64,000 nt of DNA from a virus: IMG/VR virus record IMGVR_UViG_3300027668_000010, positions 1-64,000 of that record; one strand, given 5' to 3'. Shown piece after piece: positions 46,690 through 57,041 of the stretch (the stretch's first letter is position 1; each line of letters starts with the position of its first letter). A model generated the notes under the pieces. It was not told where the DNA came from and did not search any database. It worked only from the letters and a program-made list of their open reading frames with translations. The position numbers and the translations under genes are program-made.

Positions 46690-47682
46690 ATGGCATTATT
46701 TAAAGAAAGAATGGAGTATAAACCATTCGAATATCCAGAGTATTATACCGAAGGTTGGTTGAAGCAAGCACAAGCATTTTGGTTACATACTGAGATACCA
46801 ATGCAAGGTGATATTAAAGATTGGAATGAAAATTTAACTAAAGAGGAAAAGAATTTAGTTGGTAATATTCTTTTAGGATTTTCACAAACAGAATGTGCAG
46901 TATCCGATTATTGGACTACTATGGTTACTAAGTGGTTTCCAAAGCACGAAATTAAACAAATGGCTATGATGTTCGGTTCGCAAGAAACAATTCATGCAAC
47001 TGCATATTCATACCTAAACGAATCTTTAGGATTAGAAGATTTTGAAGCATTCCTACACGAACCTGCAATAGCAGAGAAGTTTGATTTTCTAACATCTACT
47101 ACATCCGAATGGACACATACGGATTTACAAACAAATCCTATAGCACGAAAAGAAGTAGCCAGGTCATTAGCAATATTCTCAGCATTCGCCGAAGGGGTAT
47201 CTTTATATAGTTCTTTCGCAGTTCTATATAGTTTTCAAATGAGAAATCTTTTAAAAGGTATTGGACAGCAAATGAAATGGAGTGTAAGAGATGAATCTTT
47301 ACATTCGAAGATGGGTTGTCAGTTATTCAGAGAAATGTGTAATGAATATCCTGAACTTTTTGAAGAAGTTAAGGATGATGTGCATGAAGCAGCAAAACAT
47401 ATGATAGAAATGGAACATAAGTTCATTGATATGATATTTGAGCAGGGTGATTTAGAAAACTTAAAATCATCTGATTTAAAAGAGTTTATCTCAAAAAGAG
47501 GTAATGAAAAGTTAAAAGAATTAGGATACGAACCTACATTTGAATTTAATGATAAGAAAGCATCTAATTTAGATTGGTTTTATCATCTTACCGGGGGAAT
47601 AACCCACACCGATTTCTTCGCAGTAAGACCAACTGATTATGCAAAGGCTGGTGAAGGTGAAGATTTTAGTGATATGTGGTAA
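46690..47682 (+). CDS. nrdB: Ribonucleotide reductase class Ia beta subunit
   Basis: YKPFEYP, FW..TE, E.IH..AYS, EG..LYSSF, RDESLH, DFF. Confidence 0.95.
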   Translation: MALFKERMEYKPFEYPEYYTEGWLKQAQAFWLHTEIPMQGDIKDWNENLTKEEKNLVGNILLGFSQTECAVSDYWTTMVTKWFPKHEIKQMAMMFGSQETIHATAYSYLNESLGLEDFEAFLHEPAIAEKFDFLTSTTSEWTHTDLQTNPIARKEVARSLAIFSAFAEGVSLYSSFAVLYSFQMRNLLKGIGQQMKWSVRDESLHSKMGCQLFREMCNEYPELFEEVKDDVHEAAKHMIEMEHKFIDMIFEQGDLENLKSSDLKEFISKRGNEKLKELGYEPTFEFNDKKASNLDWFYHLTGGITHTDFFAVRPTDYAKAGEGEDFSDMW

Positions 47683-47703
47683 TAATAAAAAAAAGAATAA
47701 GTT

Positions 47704-48003
47704 ATGGAATTTAATGAATTAATTACAAACGTAATAGGGTGGGCTGAAGATAAAGATATCTTAAAAGCTGAAAACGCACCTAAACAAATGTTAAAAGTTG
47801 TAGAAGAAGTTGGAGAAACTGCTGGGGCTTTACTTAAAAACAATAGGGATGAATTGATAGATGGTATTGGTGATTCCTTTGTAACATTGATTATATTATC
47901 AATGCAGTTAGGAGTACATCCATCCGAATGTTTAGAAGCGGCTTGGAATGAAATAAAAGACCGTAAAGGTGAAACTAAAAATGGGGTATTCATAAAAGAA
48001 TGA
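47704..48003 (+). CDS. MazG-like NTP pyrophosphohydrolase
   Basis: Q.LK..EE.GE...D.IGD..VTL, AW.EIKDRKG. Confidence 0.85.
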   Translation: MEFNELITNVIGWAEDKDILKAENAPKQMLKVVEEVGETAGALLKNNRDELIDGIGDSFVTLIILSMQLGVHPSECLEAAWNEIKDRKGETKNGVFIKE

Positions 48004-49772
48004 AAAATCACGGAGAAGAATTAGGATGGGAGTTGGATGTCGATTTCCCATCATGGGCAAATACAGAAATATATGTTAAAACAATTAGTAAAGGTTACCT
48101 TTTGGAAGGAGAAACTCCGAAAGATGCGTATTGGCGTGTCGCTACTAAAGTCGCCCGCCGTTTGGAACGGGGTGATATGGCCTCTAAGTTTTTTGATTAT
48201 ATTTGGCGTGGTTGGCTTAATCTTGCTACTCCCGTTTTATCTAATACGGGTACTGATAGGGGTTTGCCGATATCTTGTTTTGGAGTTGATGTTGGTGATT
48301 CGATTCAAGAAATCGGAACCAAAAACTTAGAAATGATGCTACTCGCCAAAAGTGGTGGTGGTGTTGGGTTCGGTATGAATATGATTAGACCCGCTGGTAG
48401 TAAAATCAATCAAAATGGAACATCAGATGGTGTAGTGCCATTTGCTAAGATATTTGATTCAACTATTATAGCTACCAATCAAGGTTCAGTTCGTAGAGGT
48501 GCTGCATCAGTAAACTTAAACATAGAACATGGTGATTTTGATGAATGGATTGATATTCGTGAACCAAAGGGTGATGTAAACAGACAATGTTTAAATTTAC
48601 ATCAATGTGTAGTTGTTGGTGATAAGTTCATGCGACAATTAGAAGATGGAGATGCTGAAGCCCGTAGAAAGTGGAGTAAAGTAATTCAGAAACGTAAAGC
48701 AACTGGTGAACCTTATATTATGTATAAAGGTAATATCAATAAAGCAAATCCAGAAGCATATAAACATAATGGATTAAAAGTTCATATGACAAACATATGT
48801 TCTGAGATTACATTACATACAGATGAGAATCATTCATTCGTATGTTGTTTATCTTCTCTTAACCTTTCAAAATACGATGAGTGGAAAGATACAGATTTAA
48901 TTTATACAGCAACTTGGTTTTTAGATGGTGTATTAGATGAGTTTATTCAAAAAGCAAAAAATATGCGTGGTTTTGAAAACTCAGTACGTTCTGCTGAAAA
49001 GGGTAGAGCATTAGGATTAGGTGTATTAGGATGGCATACTTACTTACAACAAAGAGGTATTCCATTTGATTCATTAACCGCACAATTTGAAACTCGTAAA
49101 ATATTCTCTCAAATGAAGATTGAATCTGAAAGAGCAAGTAGAGATATGGCAGATGTTTACGGAGAACCACTATGGTGTGTTGGTACTGGGTTGAGAAATA
49201 CTCACCTAAGAGCAATTGCACCAACGGTATCTAACTCTAAATTAAGTGGTAACGTTTCTCCAGGTATTGAACCTTGGGCAGCAAATGTATTTACTGAACA
49301 AACTTCAAAAGGTACGTTTATTAGAAAAAACAGAGAATTAGAAAAAGTTCTTCGTAAAGCTGGAATCAACACCAAAGATACTTGGGATAAGATACTTGCT
49401 GATGGTGGTAGTATTCAGGATATAGCTGAATTAGATAATTGGTTATATTGTGATAATAAACTTACAAATATATCAGAAGTAGGTGAAGGTATTGAGTGTG
49501 ATAAGGTAAAGGATGTATTTAAAACCTTTAAGGAAATCAATCAATTAGAATTGGTTAGACAAGCTGGTATTAGACAACAATATATCGACCAATCAGTATC
49601 ATTGAACTTAGCATTCCCATCTGAGGCAACTCCGAAATGGCTTAATCTCGTACACATGGAAGCGTGGAAGCAAGGTGTAAAAACACTTTACTATACGAGA
49701 ACCGAATCAGTACTTAGAGGTGATATAGCACAAAAGGCAATGGATGCAGACTGTATAAGTTGTGACGGATAG
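48000..49772 (+). CDS. nrdA: Ribonucleotide reductase class Ia alpha subunit
   Basis: ATPVL.N, ISCF, TNICSEI, CCLSS, AIAPT.S, DQS.S.N, KTLYY, C-terminal CISC. Confidence 0.95.
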   Translation: MKNHGEELGWELDVDFPSWANTEIYVKTISKGYLLEGETPKDAYWRVATKVARRLERGDMASKFFDYIWRGWLNLATPVLSNTGTDRGLPISCFGVDVGDSIQEIGTKNLEMMLLAKSGGGVGFGMNMIRPAGSKINQNGTSDGVVPFAKIFDSTIIATNQGSVRRGAASVNLNIEHGDFDEWIDIREPKGDVNRQCLNLHQCVVVGDKFMRQLEDGDAEARRKWSKVIQKRKATGEPYIMYKGNINKANPEAYKHNGLKVHMTNICSEITLHTDENHSFVCCLSSLNLSKYDEWKDTDLIYTATWFLDGVLDEFIQKAKNMRGFENSVRSAEKGRALGLGVLGWHTYLQQRGIPFDSLTAQFETRKIFSQMKIESERASRDMADVYGEPLWCVGTGLRNTHLRAIAPTVSNSKLSGNVSPGIEPWAANVFTEQTSKGTFIRKNRELEKVLRKAGINTKDTWDKILADGGSIQDIAELDNWLYCDNKLTNISEVGEGIECDKVKDVFKTFKEINQLELVRQAGIRQQYIDQSVSLNLAFPSEATPKWLNLVHMEAWKQGVKTLYYTRTESVLRGDIAQKAMDADCISCDG

Positions 49773-49822
49773 AAGATAGTGTGGTCTAACGACCACCTTT
49801 AGGACCGTTACTCGTAACGGAC

Positions 49823-49859
49823 GAGATGGGGAGATTCGCTACCTCCCCATTTCATTTTT
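49823..49859 (+). terminator. Terminator hairpin after nrdA (third of three hairpins)
   Basis: GAGATGGGGAG-N9-CTCCCCATTTC then ATTTTT. Confidence 0.7.
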
Positions 49860-49883
49860 GATAACAATTAAAATAAAAGCATT

Positions 49884-50123
49884 ATGAAATATTTATACTT
49901 CTCAGCAGCTTGGTGTGGCCCATGCAAAACATTAGCACCGATTATGGCTCAAGTAGGCCAATCAGTATCAGTTCAAAAAATCGATGTGGATTCACAATCA
50001 GCATTAGCATCACAATACAACGTTAGGAATGTACCAACTGTGATATTAATAAATGGGTCAACTGAAGTAAAAAGATTCGTTGGGATTCAGTCAAAAGAAA
50101 CTTATATAAATGCCGCAAGATAA
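49884..50123 (+). CDS. trxA: Thioredoxin
   Basis: FSAAWCGPCK, IDVD, VPT. Confidence 0.93.
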   Translation: MKYLYFSAAWCGPCKTLAPIMAQVGQSVSVQKIDVDSQSALASQYNVRNVPTVILINGSTEVKRFVGIQSKETYINAAR

Positions 50124-50181
50124 ATTAGGAAATTCCAAAAAAAAGTTGTATATTTACAATAAGAAACAGTTACGAAAGAAA

Positions 50182-50385
50182 ATGGCACTACGAGGGGAAT
50201 CACATCCAGCACATAAGCTTACGGAAGAGCAGGTTACATCTATTAGAACCCTATATAAAATAGGACACCGAAACATCAAAGTTTTGGCGAGAAATAATGG
50301 AGTATCACCAGCTAACATCCGTAGGATTGTAAAGGGTGAGACTTGGAGACATTTATTGCACGGAAAATTCAATGATTATCAATAA
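50182..50385 (+). CDS. Stand-alone HTH DNA-binding protein (like the C-terminal domain of HNH endonucleases)
   Basis: GE.HP.HKLTEEQV..IR...LA...GVS...I..I..G.TW.H; promoter 50125-50156; ATG 50182. Confidence 0.7.
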   Translation: MALRGESHPAHKLTEEQVTSIRTLYKIGHRNIKVLARNNGVSPANIRRIVKGETWRHLLHGKFNDYQ

Positions 50386-50391
50386 TCAGTT

Positions 50392-51195
50392 ATGAAAGAA
50401 GAAGGTAAACATTACGTTGATGCATCTAAGGTGAGTGTAGCTCCAATTGCTAAATCTATCGCTAAAGATATGATTATCAAAAAACACTATACTCATGCAT
50501 GGACTGCATGTAGGTATTCATTAGGTATATACCATACATTAGATGAAAAAGATGTATTTGGAAACGACCAGCAATTAGTTGGAGTTGCTGTATACGGATT
50601 CCCGGTCGGAGCAAGAGCACCCACATCAGTATGTGATGGTTTAACAAAAGATAATATCTTAGAACTTACTCGATTATATGTAGATGATGGGTTCGGTTCA
50701 AATATAGAGAGCTGTGCATTAGGTAAAACTTTCCAATGGATAAAGGATAATGATAAAAATATCAAAGTGTTACTCAGTTATGCTAATAATGGTGAAGGAC
50801 ACGTTGGTGGTATTTACAAAGCAACCAATTGGATTTATCAAGGATTAAACACCGATTACGCATTGATGGCAAACTGGGGTATATCCCTAACCAAAGACCC
50901 ATATGATTGGATTCATAGTAGAACTGTTTATAATAATTGGGGTAGTGGTAACTTAGAACATCTTCGTAGAGAGATTGGTAAGGAAGGTCATACTGAGTTT
51001 TGGAGAAGAGAAGAACCACCTAAACATAGGTACATTCAGATACTTGCTACCAATAAAAAAGAAAAGAAGGATTTATTCAAAAGGTTAAAGCATGAAATCA
51101 AACCTTATCCTAAAGAATTAAATGATTACAACACCGAAGTTGTAACACATACCACTTATGCGCCTGAAGAGAGTAATGATATCAATTTTTGGTAA
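50392..51195 (+). CDS. Mom-family (GNAT) DNA adenine-modification protein
   Basis: I.KHY, GVAVYG.P, LELTRL...D....N.ES, LLSYA....H.G.IYKATNW.Y.G, K.RY. Confidence 0.8.
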   Translation: MKEEGKHYVDASKVSVAPIAKSIAKDMIIKKHYTHAWTACRYSLGIYHTLDEKDVFGNDQQLVGVAVYGFPVGARAPTSVCDGLTKDNILELTRLYVDDGFGSNIESCALGKTFQWIKDNDKNIKVLLSYANNGEGHVGGIYKATNWIYQGLNTDYALMANWGISLTKDPYDWIHSRTVYNNWGSGNLEHLRREIGKEGHTEFWRREEPPKHRYIQILATNKKEKKDLFKRLKHEIKPYPKELNDYNTEVVTHTTYAPEESNDINFW

Positions 51196-51280
51196 TTGTT
51201 AATAACTTTTCAAAAAAAATACAAAATATTAGGATATACGGAAACGAATTCGTATATTTGTTAAAATTAAAAACACATAA

Positions 51281-53797
51281 ATGTATCAAAATGTATATTA
51301 TGAAAAACAAGCAGGAGTTATCCATTGTTGGGATGATTCTCGTGGATATTTTACAAAGAAGTATAGGAATTATGCTTATGTAGAAGATGGTAATGGTTCA
51401 TACCAATCAATCTATGGTGAACGCTTAAAGAAAATCAATTATTGGAAGCATGAGGATAATCTGAAATTATATGAATCTGATGTAAATGAGGTAACTCGAT
51501 TCTTGATTGATGAGTATGGTGATTCTGATGAGGTATCAGAGGGTAACGTTGTACTAACGTTTGACATTGAGGTAGAAATGAACTCAGGCCTACCTGATAT
51601 TACGGAAGCTAAGAATGCAATGACTTCGGTAGCATTCCATGATTCAGCAACAAAAGATTATCACGTATATGTTATAAACGATGGTGATGAGATAAACAAA
51701 ACTATCAAAGGTGCTATGGTTCGTTCTTTCCGAAGTGAGGAAGATATGCTAATGGCATTCTTAACCAAATGGGAAGAGATTTCACCTACAATCATAACAG
51801 GTTGGAATATTGATTTCTTTGATGTGACTTATCTTTATAATCGAATGAATCGTTTATTGGGAACTAAAAACGCAAATAGATTATCCCCAATACAAAAGGT
51901 TCATTGGAATAAATACAGACAACGTTATATCATAGCCGGTGTATCTGCATTAGATTATATGGCTCTATTTAAAAACTTTACATATACAGAACATCCAAAT
52001 TATAGATTGGATACTATTGCTCGTATGACATTGGGTAGAGGTAAGATTGAATACGAAGGAAACCTCGACCAATTATTCAGAGATGATTTGGAAAAATTCA
52101 TTGAGTATAACTTAGTGGATGTTGAATTGATTGTTGATATGGATAAGAAATTACAGTATATCGATTTGGCTAGAGCAATCTGCCATACAGGACACGTATT
52201 CTATGAAGATTTTATATTCTCATCAAAATGGTTAGAAGGGGCGATATTAACATTCCTACGAAGAAGTAGTCGTATAGCTCCAGATAGACCTCACAGAAGA
52301 AATAAGAACGATGATGGAAGTGATGCAGAAGGTAAGTTTCAAGGAGCATATGTAAAAGAACCAAAACCTGGTCTTTATAAGTGGGTGTATGATTTAGATT
52401 TAACATCACTATACCCATCTATTATTATGACAATTAACATTTCCCCTGAAACAAAGGTTGGTAAGGTAAAAGGATACTCCGTTGAAGAACATATGAAATC
52501 TGCTATTGATGAATACATCATTGTAGATGATAACGGTAAAGACTACCCATCAATGGATAAAGACAAGTTCGAAGATTTCGCTAAAAAGATGGATTTATCA
52601 GTAGCATCGAATGGTGTGTTATATAAGCAAGATTCCGTAGGTGTAATACCTGAGATTCTTAATGTATGGTTCGATAAGAGGGTTAAGTATAAAGACGAGA
52701 TGAAAACGCATGGTAAAGCTGGGAATGATGAATTATACAAATTCTATCATCAAAGGCAGTTAGTTCAGAAGATTATGTTAAATTCACTTTATGGAGTATT
52801 AGGGCTACCTGCTTTTAGATTCTATGATGTGGATAATGCAGAAGCAGTTACACTTACAGGTCAGACTGTAATTAAAACTACTGAGATGATAGCTAATAGT
52901 TATTATAGTAAAATCACAGGTGAGAATAAGGATTATAACATTTATGTTGATACGGATTCAGTATTTTATCAGGCAGCTCCATTAGTGAAAGCTAGAAACC
53001 CCGAAATTGATGAAAGTGATGATGCACAAATGATACCTGCGATACTGCAAGTAGCACAAGAGGTTGAGGCTCACATCAATGCAACGTATGATACGATGTC
53101 AAAAAAGTTATTCAACGTAATTAATCATCGGTTCGATATAAAACAGGAGACTATCGCAAAAGGTGGTTTTTGGGTATCAAAGAAACGATACGCACAATGG
53201 ATTATCAATGATAATACTGTGGATTGTGATAAATTAGATGTTAAGGGATTGGATGTAAAACGTAGTTCATTTCCAACATACTTTAAAGAGGTAATGTCAA
53301 CTGTATTATGGGATATTCTAAAGGATGAGGATAAGATGAAGTTGGACCAGAAGATTTTAGATTATAAGGATGACATGCCTAAAAGAAACTTTATCGATAT
53401 TGCTAAGAATTCAGCAGTAAAGGGTATGAGTAAGTATTCTACTAAAACGCAAGTACTTGGTGAATTTATGAAAGGTACTCCAGCGCATGTTAAAGCAGCA
53501 CTTACTTACAATCAATTATTGAAGTATTACAAAACCGCTTTCAAATACGAACCAATGAAAGATGGTGATAAGATAAAGTATGTGTATTTGAAGAATAACC
53601 CATTAGGATTAGAAACAGTTGGATTGACTGGGTATAACGACCCAAAAGAGATATTGGATTTAGTAGAAGAGTATATTGATTACAATAAACTATGGGAACG
53701 TGAGTTAAAGAATAAGTTAGATGATTTCTATTCAGCGATGAATTGGGAGAACCCAAATCCAAACTTAGAGAATATAGGAAAATTCTTTTCGTTTTAA
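51281..53797 (+). CDS. Family-B DNA polymerase (gp43-like)
   Basis: Exo FDIE, GWN...FD, YN..D; pol DLTSLYPS, KIMLNSLYG, YVDTDS, KKRY. Confidence 0.97.
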   Translation: MYQNVYYEKQAGVIHCWDDSRGYFTKKYRNYAYVEDGNGSYQSIYGERLKKINYWKHEDNLKLYESDVNEVTRFLIDEYGDSDEVSEGNVVLTFDIEVEMNSGLPDITEAKNAMTSVAFHDSATKDYHVYVINDGDEINKTIKGAMVRSFRSEEDMLMAFLTKWEEISPTIITGWNIDFFDVTYLYNRMNRLLGTKNANRLSPIQKVHWNKYRQRYIIAGVSALDYMALFKNFTYTEHPNYRLDTIARMTLGRGKIEYEGNLDQLFRDDLEKFIEYNLVDVELIVDMDKKLQYIDLARAICHTGHVFYEDFIFSSKWLEGAILTFLRRSSRIAPDRPHRRNKNDDGSDAEGKFQGAYVKEPKPGLYKWVYDLDLTSLYPSIIMTINISPETKVGKVKGYSVEEHMKSAIDEYIIVDDNGKDYPSMDKDKFEDFAKKMDLSVASNGVLYKQDSVGVIPEILNVWFDKRVKYKDEMKTHGKAGNDELYKFYHQRQLVQKIMLNSLYGVLGLPAFRFYDVDNAEAVTLTGQTVIKTTEMIANSYYSKITGENKDYNIYVDTDSVFYQAAPLVKARNPEIDESDDAQMIPAILQVAQEVEAHINATYDTMSKKLFNVINHRFDIKQETIAKGGFWVSKKRYAQWIINDNTVDCDKLDVKGLDVKRSSFPTYFKEVMSTVLWDILKDEDKMKLDQKILDYKDDMPKRNFIDIAKNSAVKGMSKYSTKTQVLGEFMKGTPAHVKAALTYNQLLKYYKTAFKYEPMKDGDKIKYVYLKNNPLGLETVGLTGYNDPKEILDLVEEYIDYNKLWERELKNKLDDFYSAMNWENPNPNLENIGKFFSF

Positions 53798-53861
53798 TTA
53801 GGATATATGGAAAAGAATTCGTATATTAGTATAAATAAATAATAAATAGTAAATTTAAAGC

Positions 53862-54557
53862 ATGAAAAAAGCATCAATTGAACAATTCGTCAATCGTTAC
53901 AACTTAGGTGGTGAGGTTGAATCAGTAAAAATTGAATCTACAGATGATTCAATGAAAGTAAGTTTTATCTCAGATGATAAAACTCTATTAGGTACAGTAG
54001 AATCCGCAGAGAAGGATTTCCCAAATGGTGAATTTGGTATCTATACAACATCTCAAATGAAAGCACTATTAGGTGTAGTAGAATCAAACGTAGACGTAGG
54101 AGCAGAAGATTCGTATCTTACGTTTTCGGATAAAGGTACATCAGTAAACTATATGTTGGCTGATTTATCAGTTATTCCAGTAGTTCCAGATTTAAAGCAA
54201 GTACCACCATTCGATTCTGAAATTACTTTAGATGATGAATTTACAAATAGATTCATTAAATCTAAAGGAGCACTTAACGAATCAGATACATTTACATTTA
54301 CTTGTACTGGCGGTAAAGGTGAGGTTGTATTAGGTTATTCAACTATTAATACAAACAGAATCTCTATGACAGTTGAGTGTAAATGTGATACGGATATAAA
54401 ACCTATTTCGTTTTCAGCAAAATATCTAAAAGAGATACTAATGGCGAACAAAGGTTCTAAATCAGCAACTCTTAAAATAGCATCAGCTGGATTAGCACAT
54501 GTTAAGTTCGAACGAGATGGTTTAGTTTCCAATTATTTTCTCGTAGAAATTAAGTAG
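53862..54557 (+). CDS. Sliding clamp (gp45-like)
   Basis: EFGIY, Y.LAD.SVI; located between polymerase and clamp loader. Confidence 0.8.
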   Translation: MKKASIEQFVNRYNLGGEVESVKIESTDDSMKVSFISDDKTLLGTVESAEKDFPNGEFGIYTTSQMKALLGVVESNVDVGAEDSYLTFSDKGTSVNYMLADLSVIPVVPDLKQVPPFDSEITLDDEFTNRFIKSKGALNESDTFTFTCTGGKGEVVLGYSTINTNRISMTVECKCDTDIKPISFSAKYLKEILMANKGSKSATLKIASAGLAHVKFERDGLVSNYFLVEIK

Positions 54558-54615
54558 TTTGGTAAAACCAATTCTTTTTCGTATATTTACAAATAATAAT
54601 TAAAAACAATTAAGT

Positions 54616-55833
54616 ATGGATTTTTGGGATGCAGAGCCAGAGAAACCTAAATTTGATTTTGAGAAGCAGAAGAGTGAGTTAATCCAAAATATGGATTATC
54701 TCGCTACCATGTCTGTTCAAGAGCAAGTTTTGTATAAGAAGTGGGTAGAATTACAGGATGTTAAAATGATTAGGGATAAATCTCAAATCGCAGCAATGTA
54801 TGATACTCAATGGGCTCCAACTGATATTAACAATTTGGAGCAAACTATTAAAGAGATTGAAGAGTTAGAACCTTATGTTGAAATTTTGGAAGATACTAAA
54901 GATGCAGCTAAATGGACATATGCTAGACGTATGATTCATTCTATGGATTTTACTGCTAATCCCGGCCGCAATGTTAAAATCAATGTTAAAGATAAAACGA
55001 GTGGTAAACTCTTAGGACAAATATCATTAGCATCAGATGTAACATCAATGGCAGTTAGAGATAACTACATTGGTTGGACTAAGGATGATAAGTTTAAGAA
55101 AGGAAAGCTAAACCATACTACAATTGCATCAACTATTGTTTGTACACAACCGTTAGGTTATAATTTCTTAGGTGGAAAGCTCGTTGCTATGATGACAACA
55201 GTTCCGGACGTAAGAGAATTTTGGAAGAAAAAGTATGGACAGACTTTGGTAGGTGTTGGTACAACTTCATTATATGGGATTCATTCTCAATATAATGGAA
55301 TTCCTCACTTTAAAACATTGGGTGAATCAGCAGGAAAGATTTCTCTGAAACCTGATGATAAGTTCTACGAACCTTGGCATCAGCATATTAAAGAAGAACA
55401 TGCCGAATGGTATGAAACCGCAATCACTAATGAACGAATTCGTAATGGTGCTAGTATGGGTACTGGTGAAGGTGCTAGTGGACCTGTAAGTGGTATCAAA
55501 CAAAAGATTCTTGGAAAGATTTTCAAAGAATGTGGTATCAAACAATCAGCTTACCACCACGGATTCCACAGGGGAGTTTATTTGGCAATGATGTACGATA
55601 ATGGACAAGCATTCTTACGAGATGAAATTGAAGAATCTGAATTGGTGATGAAAAAGAAGTTTGAGGATGGAGTTCCTTATATTAATAATTGGTGGAAGAA
55701 GAAAGCCATCAAACGTTACACTAAATTACACTCAGAGGGTAGGTTAAAGCCTGAGCATTTATTTTATTTGGAAGCAATTGGAATGAGTTGGGAAAAGATG
55801 AAGGAAACTTACTTAAAAGAAATAGGAAGATAA
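54616..55833 (+). CDS. DUF4338/DruA-like (GNAT-related) protein
   Basis: PGR.....V.D..SGK.LG.I.L.SD....RD..IGW, QPLGYNFLGGKL.A, TTSLYG..SQY, G.S.G. Confidence 0.7.
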   Translation: MDFWDAEPEKPKFDFEKQKSELIQNMDYLATMSVQEQVLYKKWVELQDVKMIRDKSQIAAMYDTQWAPTDINNLEQTIKEIEELEPYVEILEDTKDAAKWTYARRMIHSMDFTANPGRNVKINVKDKTSGKLLGQISLASDVTSMAVRDNYIGWTKDDKFKKGKLNHTTIASTIVCTQPLGYNFLGGKLVAMMTTVPDVREFWKKKYGQTLVGVGTTSLYGIHSQYNGIPHFKTLGESAGKISLKPDDKFYEPWHQHIKEEHAEWYETAITNERIRNGASMGTGEGASGPVSGIKQKILGKIFKECGIKQSAYHHGFHRGVYLAMMYDNGQAFLRDEIEESELVMKKKFEDGVPYINNWWKKKAIKRYTKLHSEGRLKPEHLFYLEAIGMSWEKMKETYLKEIGR

Positions 55834-55843
55834 AATTACAAAT

Positions 55844-56776
55844 ATGATTAAAAAAGAAAAGCACTCACTATGGGTGGAACGGTATAGGCCGGATTCAATG
55901 GATGGGTATGTTGGTAATCAGCATATCATAGAGAAAGTAAAGATTTACATTGAGAGTAATGATGTACCCCATTTGTTACTATACGGACAAGCTGGTACAG
56001 GTAAAACAACTCTTGCTAAAATCATTACAAACCAAATCGATTGTGATTTGATGTATATTAACGCATCTGATGAAAACTCAGTTGATGCAGTTCGTGATAA
56101 GATTCGTGGATTTGCATCATCAATGGGATTCAAAGAGTGGAAGATTGTAATACTTGATGAAGCAGATTACCTAACACCAAACGCACAAGCAGCTCTCCGT
56201 AACCTGATGGAAACGTTCTCCAGAACGACAAGATTCATTTTGACTTGTAACTATGTAGAGAAAGTGATTGACCCTATCCAAAGTAGATGTCAAACATTTG
56301 GGATTACACCACCATCTAAAAAGGAAGTAGCTATGAGATTGAAACAAATCTTAGATACCGAAGAGGTGAAGTATGAAATGTCTGACTTAGCAATCTTAGT
56401 GAATAGTGGATACCCTGATATTCGTAGAGTTTTAAACGCAGCTCAACGACAAGTAGTAGGTAATGAATTAAAGATTGATAAAACATCAGCTATTCAGGCC
56501 AACTATATGGATGAGGTACTTACTGTATTACAATCAAATGGTAGTGTTAAAGATTCTTTTACTAACGTAAGAAAGATTATAGCTGATTCAAAGGTAAGAG
56601 ATTTTACACCATTTTACAGATTTTTGTATGATGAAGTAGATAACTATGCAAATGGTAAGATTGGTAGTACAATTTTAAATATAGCAGATGCTCAATATAA
56701 GGATTCTCAATGTGTAGATAAAGAAATATCTGTGATGGCTATGTTGTTAGAAATAATAACTGACATTAGAAAATAA
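55844..56776 (+). CDS. Clamp loader ATPase subunit (gp44/RFC-like)
   Basis: WVERYRP, GQAGTGKTT, INASDE, DEADY, AQAALR, SRC. Confidence 0.95.
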   Translation: MIKKEKHSLWVERYRPDSMDGYVGNQHIIEKVKIYIESNDVPHLLLYGQAGTGKTTLAKIITNQIDCDLMYINASDENSVDAVRDKIRGFASSMGFKEWKIVILDEADYLTPNAQAALRNLMETFSRTTRFILTCNYVEKVIDPIQSRCQTFGITPPSKKEVAMRLKQILDTEEVKYEMSDLAILVNSGYPDIRRVLNAAQRQVVGNELKIDKTSAIQANYMDEVLTVLQSNGSVKDSFTNVRKIIADSKVRDFTPFYRFLYDEVDNYANGKIGSTILNIADAQYKDSQCVDKEISVMAMLLEIITDIRK

Positions 56777-56868
56777 AAGTAAATAAATTAGGATATATGG
56801 AAAAGAATTCGTATATTTGTGTAAACAATAAGTAAATTAAATTAGTAACAATAAACAAAAGTAGTATT

Positions 56869-57039
56869 ATGACAAATTCAAATGAAATTTTCGAATCAAT
56901 TAAAGAATTATATACAGAGTTCGAAGCAGAGCACAACGGTACAACAAAAGCATCTAAAAGTAGAGCTAGAAAAGCTATCGGAGAAATCAAAAAGTTAGTA
57001 ACTGAGTACAGAAAACTATCAGTAGAAGAATCTAAGTAA
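56869..57039 (+). CDS. Hc1-like (Bacteroidota histone-H1-like) small basic protein, 56 aa, not in ORF track
   Basis: MTNSNEIFESIKELYTEFEAEHNGTTKASKSRARKAIGEIKKLVTEYRKLSVEESK; own promoter 56788-56819. Confidence 0.7.
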   Translation: MTNSNEIFESIKELYTEFEAEHNGTTKASKSRARKAIGEIKKLVTEYRKLSVEESK

Positions 57040-57041
57040 TT

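Noticed and set aside
50110-50385. Homing endonuclease
   Set aside because: Only the HTH is present, with no HNH or GIY-YIG catalytic motif; the 50110 start overlaps trx and the promoter
43084-53797. Inteins or introns in recA, helicase, nrdA/B or polB
   Set aside because: ORFs are continuous, of normal length, and show no splicing motifs
54616-55833. Druantia defence system
   Set aside because: Only a DruA-like gene is present; there is no DruE helicase or other partner, and the context is the replisome
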